Shown: one piece after another, positions 10,603 to 20,615 of the stretch
Position numbering within the stretch: the first letter of the stretch is position 1
How the letters are laid out: each line of letters begins with the position of its first letter
From: Candidatus Helarchaeota ASGARD archaeon Hel_GB_B
GTDB taxonomy: Archaea > Asgardarchaeota > Lokiarchaeia > Helarchaeales > HEL-GB-B
Direction: 5' to 3'
NCBI GenBank assembly: GCA_005191425.1
Contig: SUPR01000026.1
Location: forward strand, 1-32,000
Length of the DNA stretch: 32,000 nucleotides
Notes under the pieces: generated by a model
The model's input: the letters and a program-made list of their open reading frames with translations, nothing else
The model's database searches: none
What the model was told of the DNA's origin: nothing
Translations under genes and position numbers: made by a program

Positions 10603-11502
10603 ATGGAATCAGAGGAAGAAGAGACACTTTCTGATTTAATTGCTGGCTATGAAGATCCAAACGATAAAATAATTCTATTAACAAAAGCTATTGATATGTT
10701 ATTATCTAATTTTGGAGCTGTTGAAATTAATGTAGCTAATTTACATAATGCAGTTACTCAGAATTCAAATTATTTAAGAAGTTTAGCAGATGCAATAATG
10801 AAAATGAATACTGAATTAAAGAGAATTGCATCAAAAATGGGCGATGTAGAAAGTGTTATTCAAGATAAAATACAAGAAGGAATGGAAAAATTAAAGCAAT
10901 CTTATACTCCTGTTGCAGATAGAGTACGGACTGTTGCGTCTCCAGTAAATAATTATACACCCGGGACTCCATCAAGTCCAAGAGTATCTCCTACTCCTGG
11001 GACACCCATACAACCAAACCAGCCTAAACAAGAGCCAAGTCTATTGAAACCATCACAAATGCGCGGAGGTGGTGGCGGAGTTAGTCCTCCTCCTGCTGGT
11101 GGAATGGGTGTGCCCATGGGTGGTATGAGCCCCCGAATGGCTATGATGGAAGAAATTAAACGTAAAATGGGCGGTGGAGGGACTGCCAGTGGCGGCGGCG
11201 AAGTTGGTGGTGGATATATCCCCAAAATCCAACAACCCAGAAAAGCTAAACCAATACCTAAAAACTTATCTAAAACAATGAATAAATTACTTGAATCTAA
11301 ATTTCAAAAGCAGATTGTCGGCAATATACCCCAAGGTGGTGCTACACGCGGACCACCAAGAGCTCCACCAAGAGCTCCACCGAAAAAAGAATCGAAAGAA
11401 AAAAAATCCAAGAAAAAAGAAAAAAAGAAGGATAAATCTAAGTCAGGAACAAGTTCACAAATACAGGCATTAGAGGATAAGATTAAAAATAAATTCGGTT
11501 AA
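10603..11502 (+). CDS. Hypothetical protein: N-terminal coiled coil, Pro/Gly-rich linker, Lys-rich tail
   Basis: 299-codon ORF, visibly more GC-rich than its flanks, with a heptad-like N-terminus, PGTP/PPP/GGGG low-complexity centre and KKE-rich C-terminus. Confidence 0.8.
   Translation: MESEEEETLSDLIAGYEDPNDKIILLTKAIDMLLSNFGAVEINVANLHNAVTQNSNYLRSLADAIMKMNTELKRIASKMGDVESVIQDKIQEGMEKLKQSYTPVADRVRTVASPVNNYTPGTPSSPRVSPTPGTPIQPNQPKQEPSLLKPSQMRGGGGGVSPPPAGGMGVPMGGMSPRMAMMEEIKRKMGGGGTASGGGEVGGGYIPKIQQPRKAKPIPKNLSKTMNKLLESKFQKQIVGNIPQGGATRGPPRAPPRAPPKKESKEKKSKKKEKKKDKSKSGTSSQIQALEDKIKNKFG
11353..11381 (+). repeat. 12-bp tandem repeat encoding PPRA-PPRA-PP
   Basis: CCACCAAGAGCT twice, plus a partial CCACC. 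Confidence 0.85.
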
Positions 11503-11781
11503 AAATTATATTTAACTTGAATTTCTAATCTAAAAAATCTATCACATGATCTATTTAAAATATTAATATTATATAATAAATTTTTATCTGCGAAATCCTA
11601 AATAACGCACTCATTTTTCATTTTATTTATAATTATCGATTTGAACGAATAAATCAAGAATACTCTAATTTTTTTAATAATTTTATAAAACAATTTTAAT
11701 ATTCAGTGGAAATCAAGGTTTTGTTTAATAATAATAAATCTAAATTCCATTCTTTATTTAATTACATATATTTTATCTTGG

Positions 11782-12123
11782 ATGGAAGTAAAAATGAATG
11801 AGAATATTAGTCTAGAAAATTCTTTTAAAAAGGTCTTGAGAAAATATGGTTATTACTATGTTAGAACAGGTGATAACAGTTATATGTTTATAAAACATGA
11901 CGATAGAATTGGTGGAATTTATTTTGAATTACAAAATAAAGCAAAAATGAGAATAGAACAAGTAGATTTTATACAAACTTTTGATAACCGTAAAACACTC
12001 AATAAATTTCTTAATCAAATGGAAAATGAATTAAATTATTTAAGTCCAGAGCTTGGAAGGACATTAACACGGACACAAATTAAAAAAATCATTAAGAAAG
12101 TAAAAGATACATCCAGCTTTTAA
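11782..12123 (+). CDS. Hypothetical protein
   Basis: 113-codon ORF with plausible composition; no recognised motif. Confidence 0.6.
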   Translation: MEVKMNENISLENSFKKVLRKYGYYYVRTGDNSYMFIKHDDRIGGIYFELQNKAKMRIEQVDFIQTFDNRKTLNKFLNQMENELNYLSPELGRTLTRTQIKKIIKKVKDTSSF

Positions 12124-12178
12124 TATCCATTTTTATTTTTTTAAAAATTTATATAATTTTAATGTAATATTTTAATTA

Positions 12179-12532
12179 ATGGATAACATTGTTTCTCAAA
12201 TAATAAAAATAATTAAAAAATATAGTAAAATTAAAGGTTTCAAAGACTATTTCAAAGAGCTATGTAAATCTATTTATCCTTTTAGAAATATCCTGGAAAA
12301 AGACAACATTATCCAGATTATTAATGATGAAATCCCAAATAACCTAACTGAAGATAATGAATCTTTTATTTTTCTTTATAAGACTATAAACAAATACACA
12401 CAATTTAATATGTGGCCAACCCACATTATAAATTTATCTTTTTTGTTGTCTCAATTATTTAAAGGTTCTTCAAAATTCGAGGAATCTTTCAATTCTATAA
12501 ATGATTTACTTGAAAGATTGTTGATTTTTTAA
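12179..12532 (+). CDS. Hypothetical protein
   Basis: 117-codon ORF 55 bp after the previous gene on the same strand; no recognised motif. Confidence 0.55.
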   Translation: MDNIVSQIIKIIKKYSKIKGFKDYFKELCKSIYPFRNILEKDNIIQIINDEIPNNLTEDNESFIFLYKTINKYTQFNMWPTHIINLSFLLSQLFKGSSKFEESFNSINDLLERLLIF

Positions 12533-12599
12533 CTAAATTTCATAATTTTTTTAAAAAATTTACTTATGTTATTAATTATATTAAAATATTAATTTAATT

Positions 12600-13481
12600 T
12601 TATAACCTTCTATAATATTCGGGGCGCAACTTTCCAATTGGGTTTTTAATTACATTATCAATAACTTCTAATAATTTTTCTTTATCATCAGGAAGAGTAC
12701 CTCCTAATGGTAAATAATTACTGGCGTGATTACTTCTAAAAATACTCTTATTTGTTATGTCAATTTGATCAATTAATAATCTCATTTCTTTTAAAATTTC
12801 TAAATCTGTTAATGGTTCAAATTCACCTGCAATATATTCTTCAAATAAAGGAGTACCTCTCGGGATCATTAGAGTTAAAGCACCTATGTATGTTGGGGCA
12901 TTGATTTCATTAATAACTCTTGCTGTTTCAATTGCATTTTCTCTCCACCGATTTTTTCCACCCAAACCCAAAATAATGGTAATAGATAATTCAAATCCAA
13001 TTTTTAATATTCTTTTACATGCTTCTACCATTTGTGCTGAAGTCATATTCTTTTTAACTCTTCTTAAGATTACATCATCCCCACTTTCAATCCCTAAATA
13101 AATAATTCCAAGTCCTGCGTCTTTTAATTTTCTAAGTTCATCATCAGTTTTATGAAGGACATTCAATGCTGTTGCATATATTCCTACTCTCCATAAATTT
13201 GGATAATATTTATATAATAAATTTAAAATTTTCAGCAATTTGTCCGTTTTAATCACAAGTGCATCTCCATCTGCTAAAAAGACCTTGCGTACTCTTTTTG
13301 CATAGGGCAATGTTTCTCTCAAATCAGATTCGATTTCCTCTAAAGACCTTATTCTTAATTTCTTATCTTTGTAGCTATAACAAAAAGTGCAAGTATTATT
13401 TGAACATCCAATTTCTACTTGTAATATCAATGAGTCCGCTTCACTCGGCGGTCTAAAAATTAAACCTTCATATTTTGGCAT
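12600..13481 (-). CDS. Radical SAM protein (RPPSEA family, function unknown)
   Basis: RPPSEADS, GCSNNTCTFC (Cx4Cx2C), FLADGDAL, YLGIESG, ILGLGG and FRSNHASNY. Confidence 0.9.
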   Translation of the reverse strand: MPKYEGLIFRPPSEADSLILQVEIGCSNNTCTFCYSYKDKKLRIRSLEEIESDLRETLPYAKRVRKVFLADGDALVIKTDKLLKILNLLYKYYPNLWRVGIYATALNVLHKTDDELRKLKDAGLGIIYLGIESGDDVILRRVKKNMTSAQMVEACKRILKIGFELSITIILGLGGKNRWRENAIETARVINEINAPTYIGALTLMIPRGTPLFEEYIAGEFEPLTDLEILKEMRLLIDQIDITNKSIFRSNHASNYLPLGGTLPDDKEKLLEVIDNVIKNPIGKLRPEYYRRL

Positions 13482-13506
13482 TTTGTTAAACCTATTTATA
13501 GACTAT

Positions 13507-15141
13507 TTATTTTTCTTCATCAATACCTAATAATAATTCGCTGGTGATTTTTCCTATATCTTCTTTTAGTAGTTTTTCTAAATAATACCCTGTGCGTTCC
13601 ATTAAATTTGGCCAAAGCGTTAAGTCCATTCCCCATATATTCTTTTGTGTGAGAATATATCCTAAAAATATTTTAATAGAACGTGGATCATCAATTTTCA
13701 CATTTTTCCATGTATTTGCAAATTCTTTTAAAATATTAATATCATCTTTAATCTGATAGATATTTTTAAGATTACCCTCTTTTTCTTCAATTTCTTTTTG
13801 TTCATCTTCATTATCTATTTCATTTTCATTTATTTCGTGCATTTCCCTAATACCAAAAAATTGTCCATCATTTTCTTCAATTACATTATAAAATCTCAAA
13901 ATCAACGCAAGAATAAAGAAAATATAATCTGGTAATTTCTTTTCCTTTTCATATAAATCAATCATTTTAAAAAGAAAATTTTTTCTAAATTTTTGTATTA
14001 AATTTTCACTCATGTCAATTAAAGACCTTTTATTAAAGGGATTTTTCAGTCTATTAATTGTGATTTTCTCCCAAGACCGAATCTGGTCTTCAGATAAATT
14101 TACAAATTCTTTAATTGTATTAAATAAGAATTTTTCAAAAAATTCTTGAATTATAACATCTAAAAGAGCATCCGATGTAGTATCATAACCTGATAAATAG
14201 GCTAGCGGTACAAACGATATCAATACTGCATTAAACCAGGTATTTAAAGAATGAAATGTATCTAAAATATCTGTATATTCCAGATATATCTCAGTACTTT
14301 GGAATGGAAAAGTTGCTGCTTTGTTAGAGCTAATAATCCATTTATAATAGTTTTCTGTAACTGTCAAAAAATTATCTTTATAATTTAACTTTTGAAAAGC
14401 AATAATTTTTTCTTTATCATCAAAATCACCGATGTCCATTTTGTCTATTAATGAATCAAAAAAGTTGTTTTTAAGTCTTAACCATGAAAGAAATTGTTCA
14501 CCAAGCTTCCATTCTTTACCTACTGATAATAATATATCTCTAAGAGTTAAATCTCCCTTGAATTTCGGATTTAATGAAATAATTGTTAATTTTGAATCTT
14601 TATTTTTAAATCTTCTGTATCTCTCATATAATATTCCTAAAATCATTCCTATATACGATTTTGGTGGTCTATTTCTAATAGAATCATTAGGTTCAAGAAT
14701 ACTGTCGTTATTCGGATGATAACATATTAATACTTCAATATTTGGGCTAATAAAACTATCTATCACTTTATCCCAATTATTAACCTTGATTACACGACTA
14801 ATTGAAGTAATTAACTCCCACTTTTCTAAAGGAATTCCCTCTTCTAAACCCCTTAAACATAAAGTATATAAAAAATCTTGTTTACCAAAAACATCGACAA
14901 TATCCTCATTTTCATAGTCTATATGAACGACTCTACCTTTATATTCACCTTTTTTAATCATAATGTCCAAAAAATAATCAATTGTTGAACGTAATAAACT
15001 GTTATTTCCCATCACTAAAATTTTTTCAGGTAATGTAAATATTTTTTCGTCAGGGATTTGAATTGAAATCTCTCTTTTTTCTAATTGATAATTTAAGCCG
15101 AGAATTAATTCTCTATTAAGTAAATTATATTCATTTTTCAT
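13507..15141 (-). CDS. Tagaturonate reductase (UxaB)/mannitol dehydrogenase-family homologue with degenerate catalytic motifs
   Basis: LPEKI, QDFLYT..RG, P.SY...L...LYERY, EW.L...F..W...N.F..SL.D, TE.YY.W.I, RLKNPF and LA..L.FY align colinearly with UxaB. Catalytic residues are altered (see findings). Confidence 0.8.
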   Translation of the reverse strand: MKNEYNLLNRELILGLNYQLEKREISIQIPDEKIFTLPEKILVMGNNSLLRSTIDYFLDIMIKKGEYKGRVVHIDYENEDIVDVFGKQDFLYTLCLRGLEEGIPLEKWELITSISRVIKVNNWDKVIDSFISPNIEVLICYHPNNDSILEPNDSIRNRPPKSYIGMILGILYERYRRFKNKDSKLTIISLNPKFKGDLTLRDILLSVGKEWKLGEQFLSWLRLKNNFFDSLIDKMDIGDFDDKEKIIAFQKLNYKDNFLTVTENYYKWIISSNKAATFPFQSTEIYLEYTDILDTFHSLNTWFNAVLISFVPLAYLSGYDTTSDALLDVIIQEFFEKFLFNTIKEFVNLSEDQIRSWEKITINRLKNPFNKRSLIDMSENLIQKFRKNFLFKMIDLYEKEKKLPDYIFFILALILRFYNVIEENDGQFFGIREMHEINENEIDNEDEQKEIEEKEGNLKNIYQIKDDINILKEFANTWKNVKIDDPRSIKIFLGYILTQKNIWGMDLTLWPNLMERTGYYLEKLLKEDIGKITSELLLGIDEEK

Positions 15142-15307
15142 TTTTTGTACCTTTAAATAAATAATATATAACCCATGTATATATAAAAATGCCCAAATTT
15201 AAAAAATATAGATGGAAATACTTTAAAATTAAAAGTAATACAAAATTTTATTGATTTTCAGAGTCTCGGAATGTAATTAAATACAATTTTTTAATATTTT
15301 ACATATT

Positions 15308-15607
15308 TCATTTTATTTTGACTACTGTTCCAAGCGATTCCCCAGGAAGCCCTTTCTTAAATAACACCCTGACAACTCCATTCTTACCGTGAGTCCTAAC
15401 TATTTTACCTTTGATATATTTTCCCGTCTTAGTTTCCCATATCACTTCTTTTCCTATCAATTTTGCGGCCTCATTTGCACTATTATATTCAAACTTTACT
15501 AGCATTTGTCTATTATATTGTGTATGACGGCCTCTCCTATAACTTGTTATAATTCCTTTTTTTCCTTTGATGATATCAACTTCTGTCATTTTTAACTCAT
15601 CTTCCAT
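15308..15607 (-). CDS. rpl35ae: 50S ribosomal protein L35Ae (eL33)
   Basis: KGIITSYRRG, LIGKEVIW, GKIVRTHGKNGVVRVLFKKGLPG. Confidence 0.93.
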   Translation of the reverse strand: MEDELKMTEVDIIKGKKGIITSYRRGRHTQYNRQMLVKFEYNSANEAAKLIGKEVIWETKTGKYIKGKIVRTHGKNGVVRVLFKKGLPGESLGTVVKIK

Positions 15608-15743
15608 TATCTCTCTTTTACTTTAAAATTTTACTCTTTATAAAAAATAAGTATTTTATTGAAAAAAAAGAAAAATATAATAAAGGCGCTTTTTTAAAAA
15701 GTGATTTTTCTTTAAATTGAAAATATCTATCAAATCATTTTTT

Positions 15744-15971
15744 CTATAATTTTTTCAATTCATTTAGAAACATTGATATCGATGTATTTAAAGAAGCAAT
15801 GCTATCTGTAATTTTATCATAATCATATCTTTTTATCTCGTTTTCTAGTAATTCTAAAATAATTTTAATATCACGAACTTTTCTCAATAAAGATCTATTG
15901 ATCTCATTTTTAATTTTTTCTTCTTTTTCTTTCCTAGTTTCTAAACTTATTGACAAAATTATACCCTTCAT
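15744..15971 (-). CDS. Small hypothetical helical protein
   Basis: 75-codon ORF with an amphipathic, charged pattern; no motif. Confidence 0.45.
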   Translation of the reverse strand: MKGIILSISLETRKEKEEKIKNEINRSLLRKVRDIKIILELLENEIKRYDYDKITDSIASLNTSISMFLNELKKL

Positions 15972-16911
15972 TTTTTTTATTATTTAATATATTGACATGA
16001 AAATATTTAAATTATGTGTAAAAATTTGCAAATTTATAAATAATATATTCCTAATTTTAATTCCATTATTTTAGTTTTAACTTGAGAAAATATTTAATTT
16101 ATAAGAAAATGTTAAATTTAATCCAGTTTATAATAGGTTTTTTAACTCTTTATTTAAAAATTGTTAAATGAAAACTTTTGAACTCATAATATTATAAAAA
16201 TTATTTAATTAAAATTTGAAGATAAAAAAATGTGCAATCTCACTTTTTGAATCCTATTAATATCATTTTATCAAGATGATAATCATTGAGAGCTCACGAT
16301 TTTATATTTAGCCTTTATTTTTATTATAATTTAAATCAAAATGGATAAATATTAATTGTTTTTATTCAATTCTATTTTTAAAATAAAAATTTTTTTTAAA
16401 AATGATATCAAATTTTTTTAAATAAAACCATCAAAAAGTTATTTTTCACAAAACGATTGATTAGACTTTGAATGGATATTATCAAAAAATATTATTTTTT
16501 ACTTTAAAATTCTATATTTTTAATCAAGTCAATTTTGTCGTTTAAATTATAAAAAGATTGGATCATTTATATTTAATGGGAAATTTATGGGATTTAACTA
16601 ATTGTTAAAAATTCCAACATTTTTTGACCCTCAAATTTTAAAAATAGGCATAAAATAATATATATAAGATTTTTGTATATTACTTGGAATATACAAAGAA
16701 TAATAAATTAAAAAAAGATATATTTCAAAACAAATTTGTAAATGATTTAAGAAGGGAAATCTCATTAATTTCCCGTCTGAAAAATAAATTGAAATTCCAT
16801 TACCTTTAATTAATAGGAAAGAAATAACCTATGCAAATTAGAAATGAAAAAATTACGACTTTAATAAATGAGAAAGATTTCAGTGATTTTAAAGTAGGAT
16901 GTGAAGTTTAA

Positions 16912-17871
16912 ATGGTTTTATTATCTCCAGATCGAAATGAATATAATGATACTCATTCGCTCGAATATGTCAAAAGTTGTCCTGAATGTGGATCAATGGA
17001 ACTAATCAATGATGCAACAAGGGGTGAGACAGTGTGCGCTACATGTGGGCTTGTTATTACCGAAAAAGAAATTGACCGTGGCCCTGAATGGCGTGCATTT
17101 AATACAGAAGAGAAAGATAAAAGAGCTCGGACTGGAGCTCCCACTAGTTATACAATTCATGATAAAGGTCTAAGTACGATTATTGATTGGCATGATAAAG
17201 ATAGTTATGGTCGAAAAATCTCGCCAAAACGTCGAGCTCAAATATATCGTTTGAGAAAATGGCAAATTCGGACTCGTGTTCATAGTTCAAGTGCTAGAAA
17301 TCTTGTTATCGCAATGTCCGAGTTAGACAGGCTGTCCAGCCAGCTTGGGATCCCTCGTGGAGTTAAAGAGTCTGCTGCCGTTATTTATAGGCGCGCTATA
17401 GAGCAGAAAATAATAAGAGGGCGTTCAATTGAAGCAATGGTCGCAGCAACAATTTATGCAGCTTGTAGATTAAGAAAAGTCCCTCGAACTCTAGACGAAA
17501 TCTGTCAATATACTAGAGTTAAGAGAAAGGAACTAGGTCGAAGCTATCGCCTTATCATAGGTCGATTGGGTGTAAGAATGCCTGTTGCAAGCCCAACAGA
17601 CTATCTTTCTAGGTTTGGTGAAGAATTAAATATCTCAAGCAGAACACAGCAAAGAGCTGCTGAACTTATTGAATTGGCTAAAGAAAAAGGTCTTACTGCG
17701 GGGAAAGACCCAACAGGTCTTGCAGCAGCTGCAATTTACATTGTTGCAATTCAAGAAGGTGAACGCCGTACTCAACGTGAAATTGCAAAAATAGCTCATG
17801 TTACTGAGGTAACTGTTAGAAATCGATATAAAGAACTTGTTAAAAAATTGCATTTAAGAGTTGATGTCTAG
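16912..17871 (+). CDS. tfb: Transcription initiation factor IIB
   Basis: Zn ribbon CPEC...CATC, B-reader IDRGPEWRAF, HDKGLST, and two cyclin repeats (RGRSIE, RTLDEI; GKDPTGLAAAAIY, RTQREIA, VTEVTVRNRYKEL). GGATGTGA RBS-like element upstream. Confidence 0.97.
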   Translation: MVLLSPDRNEYNDTHSLEYVKSCPECGSMELINDATRGETVCATCGLVITEKEIDRGPEWRAFNTEEKDKRARTGAPTSYTIHDKGLSTIIDWHDKDSYGRKISPKRRAQIYRLRKWQIRTRVHSSSARNLVIAMSELDRLSSQLGIPRGVKESAAVIYRRAIEQKIIRGRSIEAMVAATIYAACRLRKVPRTLDEICQYTRVKRKELGRSYRLIIGRLGVRMPVASPTDYLSRFGEELNISSRTQQRAAELIELAKEKGLTAGKDPTGLAAAAIYIVAIQEGERRTQREIAKIAHVTEVTVRNRYKELVKKLHLRVDV

Positions 17872-18022
17872 TTATTCAAATAAAAAATAATTAAATAAAA
17901 CTATGGTAAAGAATATATCATATTTTCTTTTCTTTTATTAAAATTATATAATTAATATAATTTTCCTTATTTTTATGTGTTTATGAACTAATTTAAAATC
18001 TTTAAATTTAATATTAATAATT

Positions 18023-18352
18023 TTAGGGTTCAAAAAACTTCCCAAAAATAGGTGAAAACATTCTTTTTAGGATAATATTATTAAATCTATCCGTTAAAAT
18101 AATTGCTCTAACGAGAAACTTTTCTTTATACTCTTTATCAGCTTCTATAATTTTGTATTTTTCATCTCCACCTTTTAATGAAATTTTATAAATTTCAGGC
18201 GTTCTTTCAAACCTAGATGGGACTTTTTCCAGTATCCTAATGATTATACCTCCTAATGTGGGGTGAAGACAGAAAAAATTTGTTTCATATTCATTTTTTT
18301 GGTGGCTATTTTTTTTAATTGATACATAAAGTAAGTCCATCCAATCTAACAT
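18023..18352 (-). CDS. Hypothetical protein
   Basis: 109-codon ATG-started ORF; no recognised motif. Confidence 0.55.
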   Translation of the reverse strand: MLDWMDLLYVSIKKNSHQKNEYETNFFCLHPTLGGIIIRILEKVPSRFERTPEIYKISLKGGDEKYKIIEADKEYKEKFLVRAIILTDRFNNIILKRMFSPIFGKFFEP

Positions 18353-18510
18353 AAATTTCTTTAGGATATTTTTATAGAAAACAATTTTAAATGTTAATCT
18401 ATTTTAGATAGTCCTTAAATCCATTTTATTCCAATCAAATTAAAACCATCATAATAAATTAAATAATTATCAAGTGAAATTAAATATTTGATTTTTTAAA
18501 TTTCTAATTA

Positions 18511-19479
18511 ATGATTAAAAAACAATCCGATATAAATGAAATAATTTTAATATTACAAGATTTGTATGGTAAAAAAAATTGGAAACCTGATATTTCACCC
18601 TTAGACATTCTTATAAAGACAATTTTGAGTCAAAATACATCCGACCTAAATTCATTTAGAGCTTTTGATAATCTAAAATTAAAATTTCCCGAATGGGATG
18701 CCGTTCTAAATAGTTCTCTAGAAAATATTGAAGATGCTATAAGAATTGGTGGTCTAGCTAAGATTAAATCAAAAAGAATAAAAGAGATTTTAAAAATTAT
18801 TAAAGAAAAAACTGGTGATTTAAATATTAATTTTTTAAAAAATTGGGAAGTTGACGAGGCAAAAAAATGGTTATTATCACTAAAAGGAGTTGGAGAAAAA
18901 ACGGCAGCTTGTACACTAATTTTTGGATTTAATATGCCAATATTTCCAGTCGATACGCATATTTTAAGAGTTTCAAAAAGGCTTGGATTAATTAATGATA
19001 TTACTTTAGAAAAAGCACATCAGGAATTAAAAAAAATCTTCCCCCCACATTATTATTATGAAGTGCATTTAAATTTAATTGAACATGGTCGACAAATTTG
19101 CCGATCAAATAACCCTAAATGTTTAGAATGTAAATTATCTAACTACTGTAATTATTTCAATAAAAATTTAATATTAAAAACAATTGGAAATAAGCAAGAT
19201 AATATTGATCATGATAAATTGTCTAAATTAATATCAGCAAAAATAGATTTAGACCAGTTACTAATTGAATTAGAAAATGAAAATTTAATAAAAAGAAATA
19301 TCGGTGGCAAAAAAGATAATTTAACAATTACCGAGTTAGGCATTGCATTTACCAATATCAATAAAAGAAATAAACAAGAAATTATAAAAAATCTGTTAAA
19401 AATCGGATATAAAAAGAAAGAATTAATTAAGCTTTTTAATATTTCAAAAAAACAAATTGATAAGATAAAATTCGATTAA
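18511..19479 (+). CDS. nth: Endonuclease III-family HhH-GPD DNA glycosylase with a C-terminal extension
   Basis: LSQNTSD, HhH LKGVGEKTA (catalytic Lys130), PVDTH (Asp148), and [4Fe-4S] motif Cx6Cx2Cx5C. About 105 extra C-terminal residues. Confidence 0.88.
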   Translation: MIKKQSDINEIILILQDLYGKKNWKPDISPLDILIKTILSQNTSDLNSFRAFDNLKLKFPEWDAVLNSSLENIEDAIRIGGLAKIKSKRIKEILKIIKEKTGDLNINFLKNWEVDEAKKWLLSLKGVGEKTAACTLIFGFNMPIFPVDTHILRVSKRLGLINDITLEKAHQELKKIFPPHYYYEVHLNLIEHGRQICRSNNPKCLECKLSNYCNYFNKNLILKTIGNKQDNIDHDKLSKLISAKIDLDQLLIELENENLIKRNIGGKKDNLTITELGIAFTNINKRNKQEIIKNLLKIGYKKKELIKLFNISKKQIDKIKFD

Positions 19480-20615
19480 AATTTATTTTTTAATTTACTC
19501 CGCATACTTTTTAATTTTCTATCATCAAAAATCTTAAGATACTTGTTCCATTCAATTAATTCTTTTAAATTTCTCAGATATGATTCTTTTTCATTTTCAT
19601 TTTTAGGATCCAAATAGAATATAATCAAGGAAGAGGCTTCTTCAGGGAGAATATCTGCGTCATATAACCGATTAAATATTTTTAATGGAATATATTTATC
19701 AATACCAATTCTTTTTATTAGATATCTTTGTGCTATATTTATAAATTTTCGATATTTCTTTTTATTCATTTGTCTAAAAATTGTTTTATATTGTTTTTCT
19801 AGTTGTATTGGTGTAAGTTCATCAAAACTTTTTCTTAAAAAATGCTCATCAATTGAATTAATTAATTTTAATTTGATTATTTCATCTTTAACTAAAGTGA
19901 TATCACGAAAAGTTTTATTTCTTATAAAATTTTTTACATAATCTTGTAATAATTCTTCTTTATTATCCGCATTATTATATATCATTCTAAATAATTCGAC
20001 ATCGTAATTTGTCTCCTTCCAATAAAATGAAAAATCCTTAAACAAATATTTTATTAATTTTGATACTTTTTCTTTTTTAAACTCATCAACTCCAAGTCCA
20101 TAAAAGATAACAGCCCCTTTTCCTTCGTGATAGATATAATAGACTGGTTCAAATTCTCCTTCTATTAAAATTTCTTCAGAATCAAACTTTTTATAATTAG
20201 TGAGAAAATGTACATATCTATTAGCAGGCTTTTTATTACTCTGGAAATAATCCTTATCAATATTAATAATATGATTTGTTTTATGTAATAACACTCTTTT
20301 TGTAATAATTTCCGGCTCAATTTCAAAAAATGTAAAAATTTTTGAATCTATAAAATAATTTAAATCTTCTTCTATAGGTGAAACTACAAATATTGCTTTT
20401 CCTCCTCCAAGAATAAAATCGAAGATTATTCTTGCTTGTTCAAATTCTAATTTATTTTTTTTAATTTCTTTCGGAGAAGTTATTATTAATACTGTATTAT
20501 TATCAAGGTGATCTGGAATAGAATCAATACTCTCACATTTTAAATTGTTCATATTGTTTAATTCTTCAAGTTGACCAAATAGGAGTATTTTTATTTGTTT
20601 CATAATTATATCCAT
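19476..20615 (-). CDS. Hypothetical protein; N-terminal region weakly like a class I glutamine amidotransferase-like fold
   Basis: 379-codon ORF; FILGGGKAIFV and GKGAVIFYG resemble non-catalytic GATase1-like domains. Stop overlaps the nth stop by 4 bp. Confidence 0.65.
   Translation of the reverse strand: MDIIMKQIKILLFGQLEELNNMNNLKCESIDSIPDHLDNNTVLIITSPKEIKKNKLEFEQARIIFDFILGGGKAIFVVSPIEEDLNYFIDSKIFTFFEIEPEIITKRVLLHKTNHIINIDKDYFQSNKKPANRYVHFLTNYKKFDSEEILIEGEFEPVYYIYHEGKGAVIFYGLGVDEFKKEKVSKLIKYLFKDFSFYWKETNYDVELFRMIYNNADNKEELLQDYVKNFIRNKTFRDITLVKDEIIKLKLINSIDEHFLRKSFDELTPIQLEKQYKTIFRQMNKKKYRKFINIAQRYLIKRIGIDKYIPLKIFNRLYDADILPEEASSLIIFYLDPKNENEKESYLRNLKELIEWNKYLKIFDDRKLKSMRSKLKNKF

Noticed and set aside
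12600-13481. Cx4Cx2C spacing instead of Cx3Cx2C in the radical SAM protein; possible MCR-modifying enzyme
   Set aside because: This spacing is typical of the RPPSEA family. The protein shows no resemblance to known MCR methylases and lies 14 kb from mcr.
16754-16774. 7-bp inverted repeat GGGAAAT-N7-ATTTCCC upstream of tfb
   Set aside because: Too short to distinguish from chance without conservation data.
15972-16830. Long AT-rich spacers (also 854-1286, 2956-3681, 5794-6377, 9917-10602, 20616-21175) as possible ncRNA, CRISPR or origin loci
   Set aside because: No GC-rich stems, C/D boxes, tRNA cloverleafs, repeat-spacer periodicity or paired ORBs were seen. TATA/BRE calls are not discriminating at this AT content.
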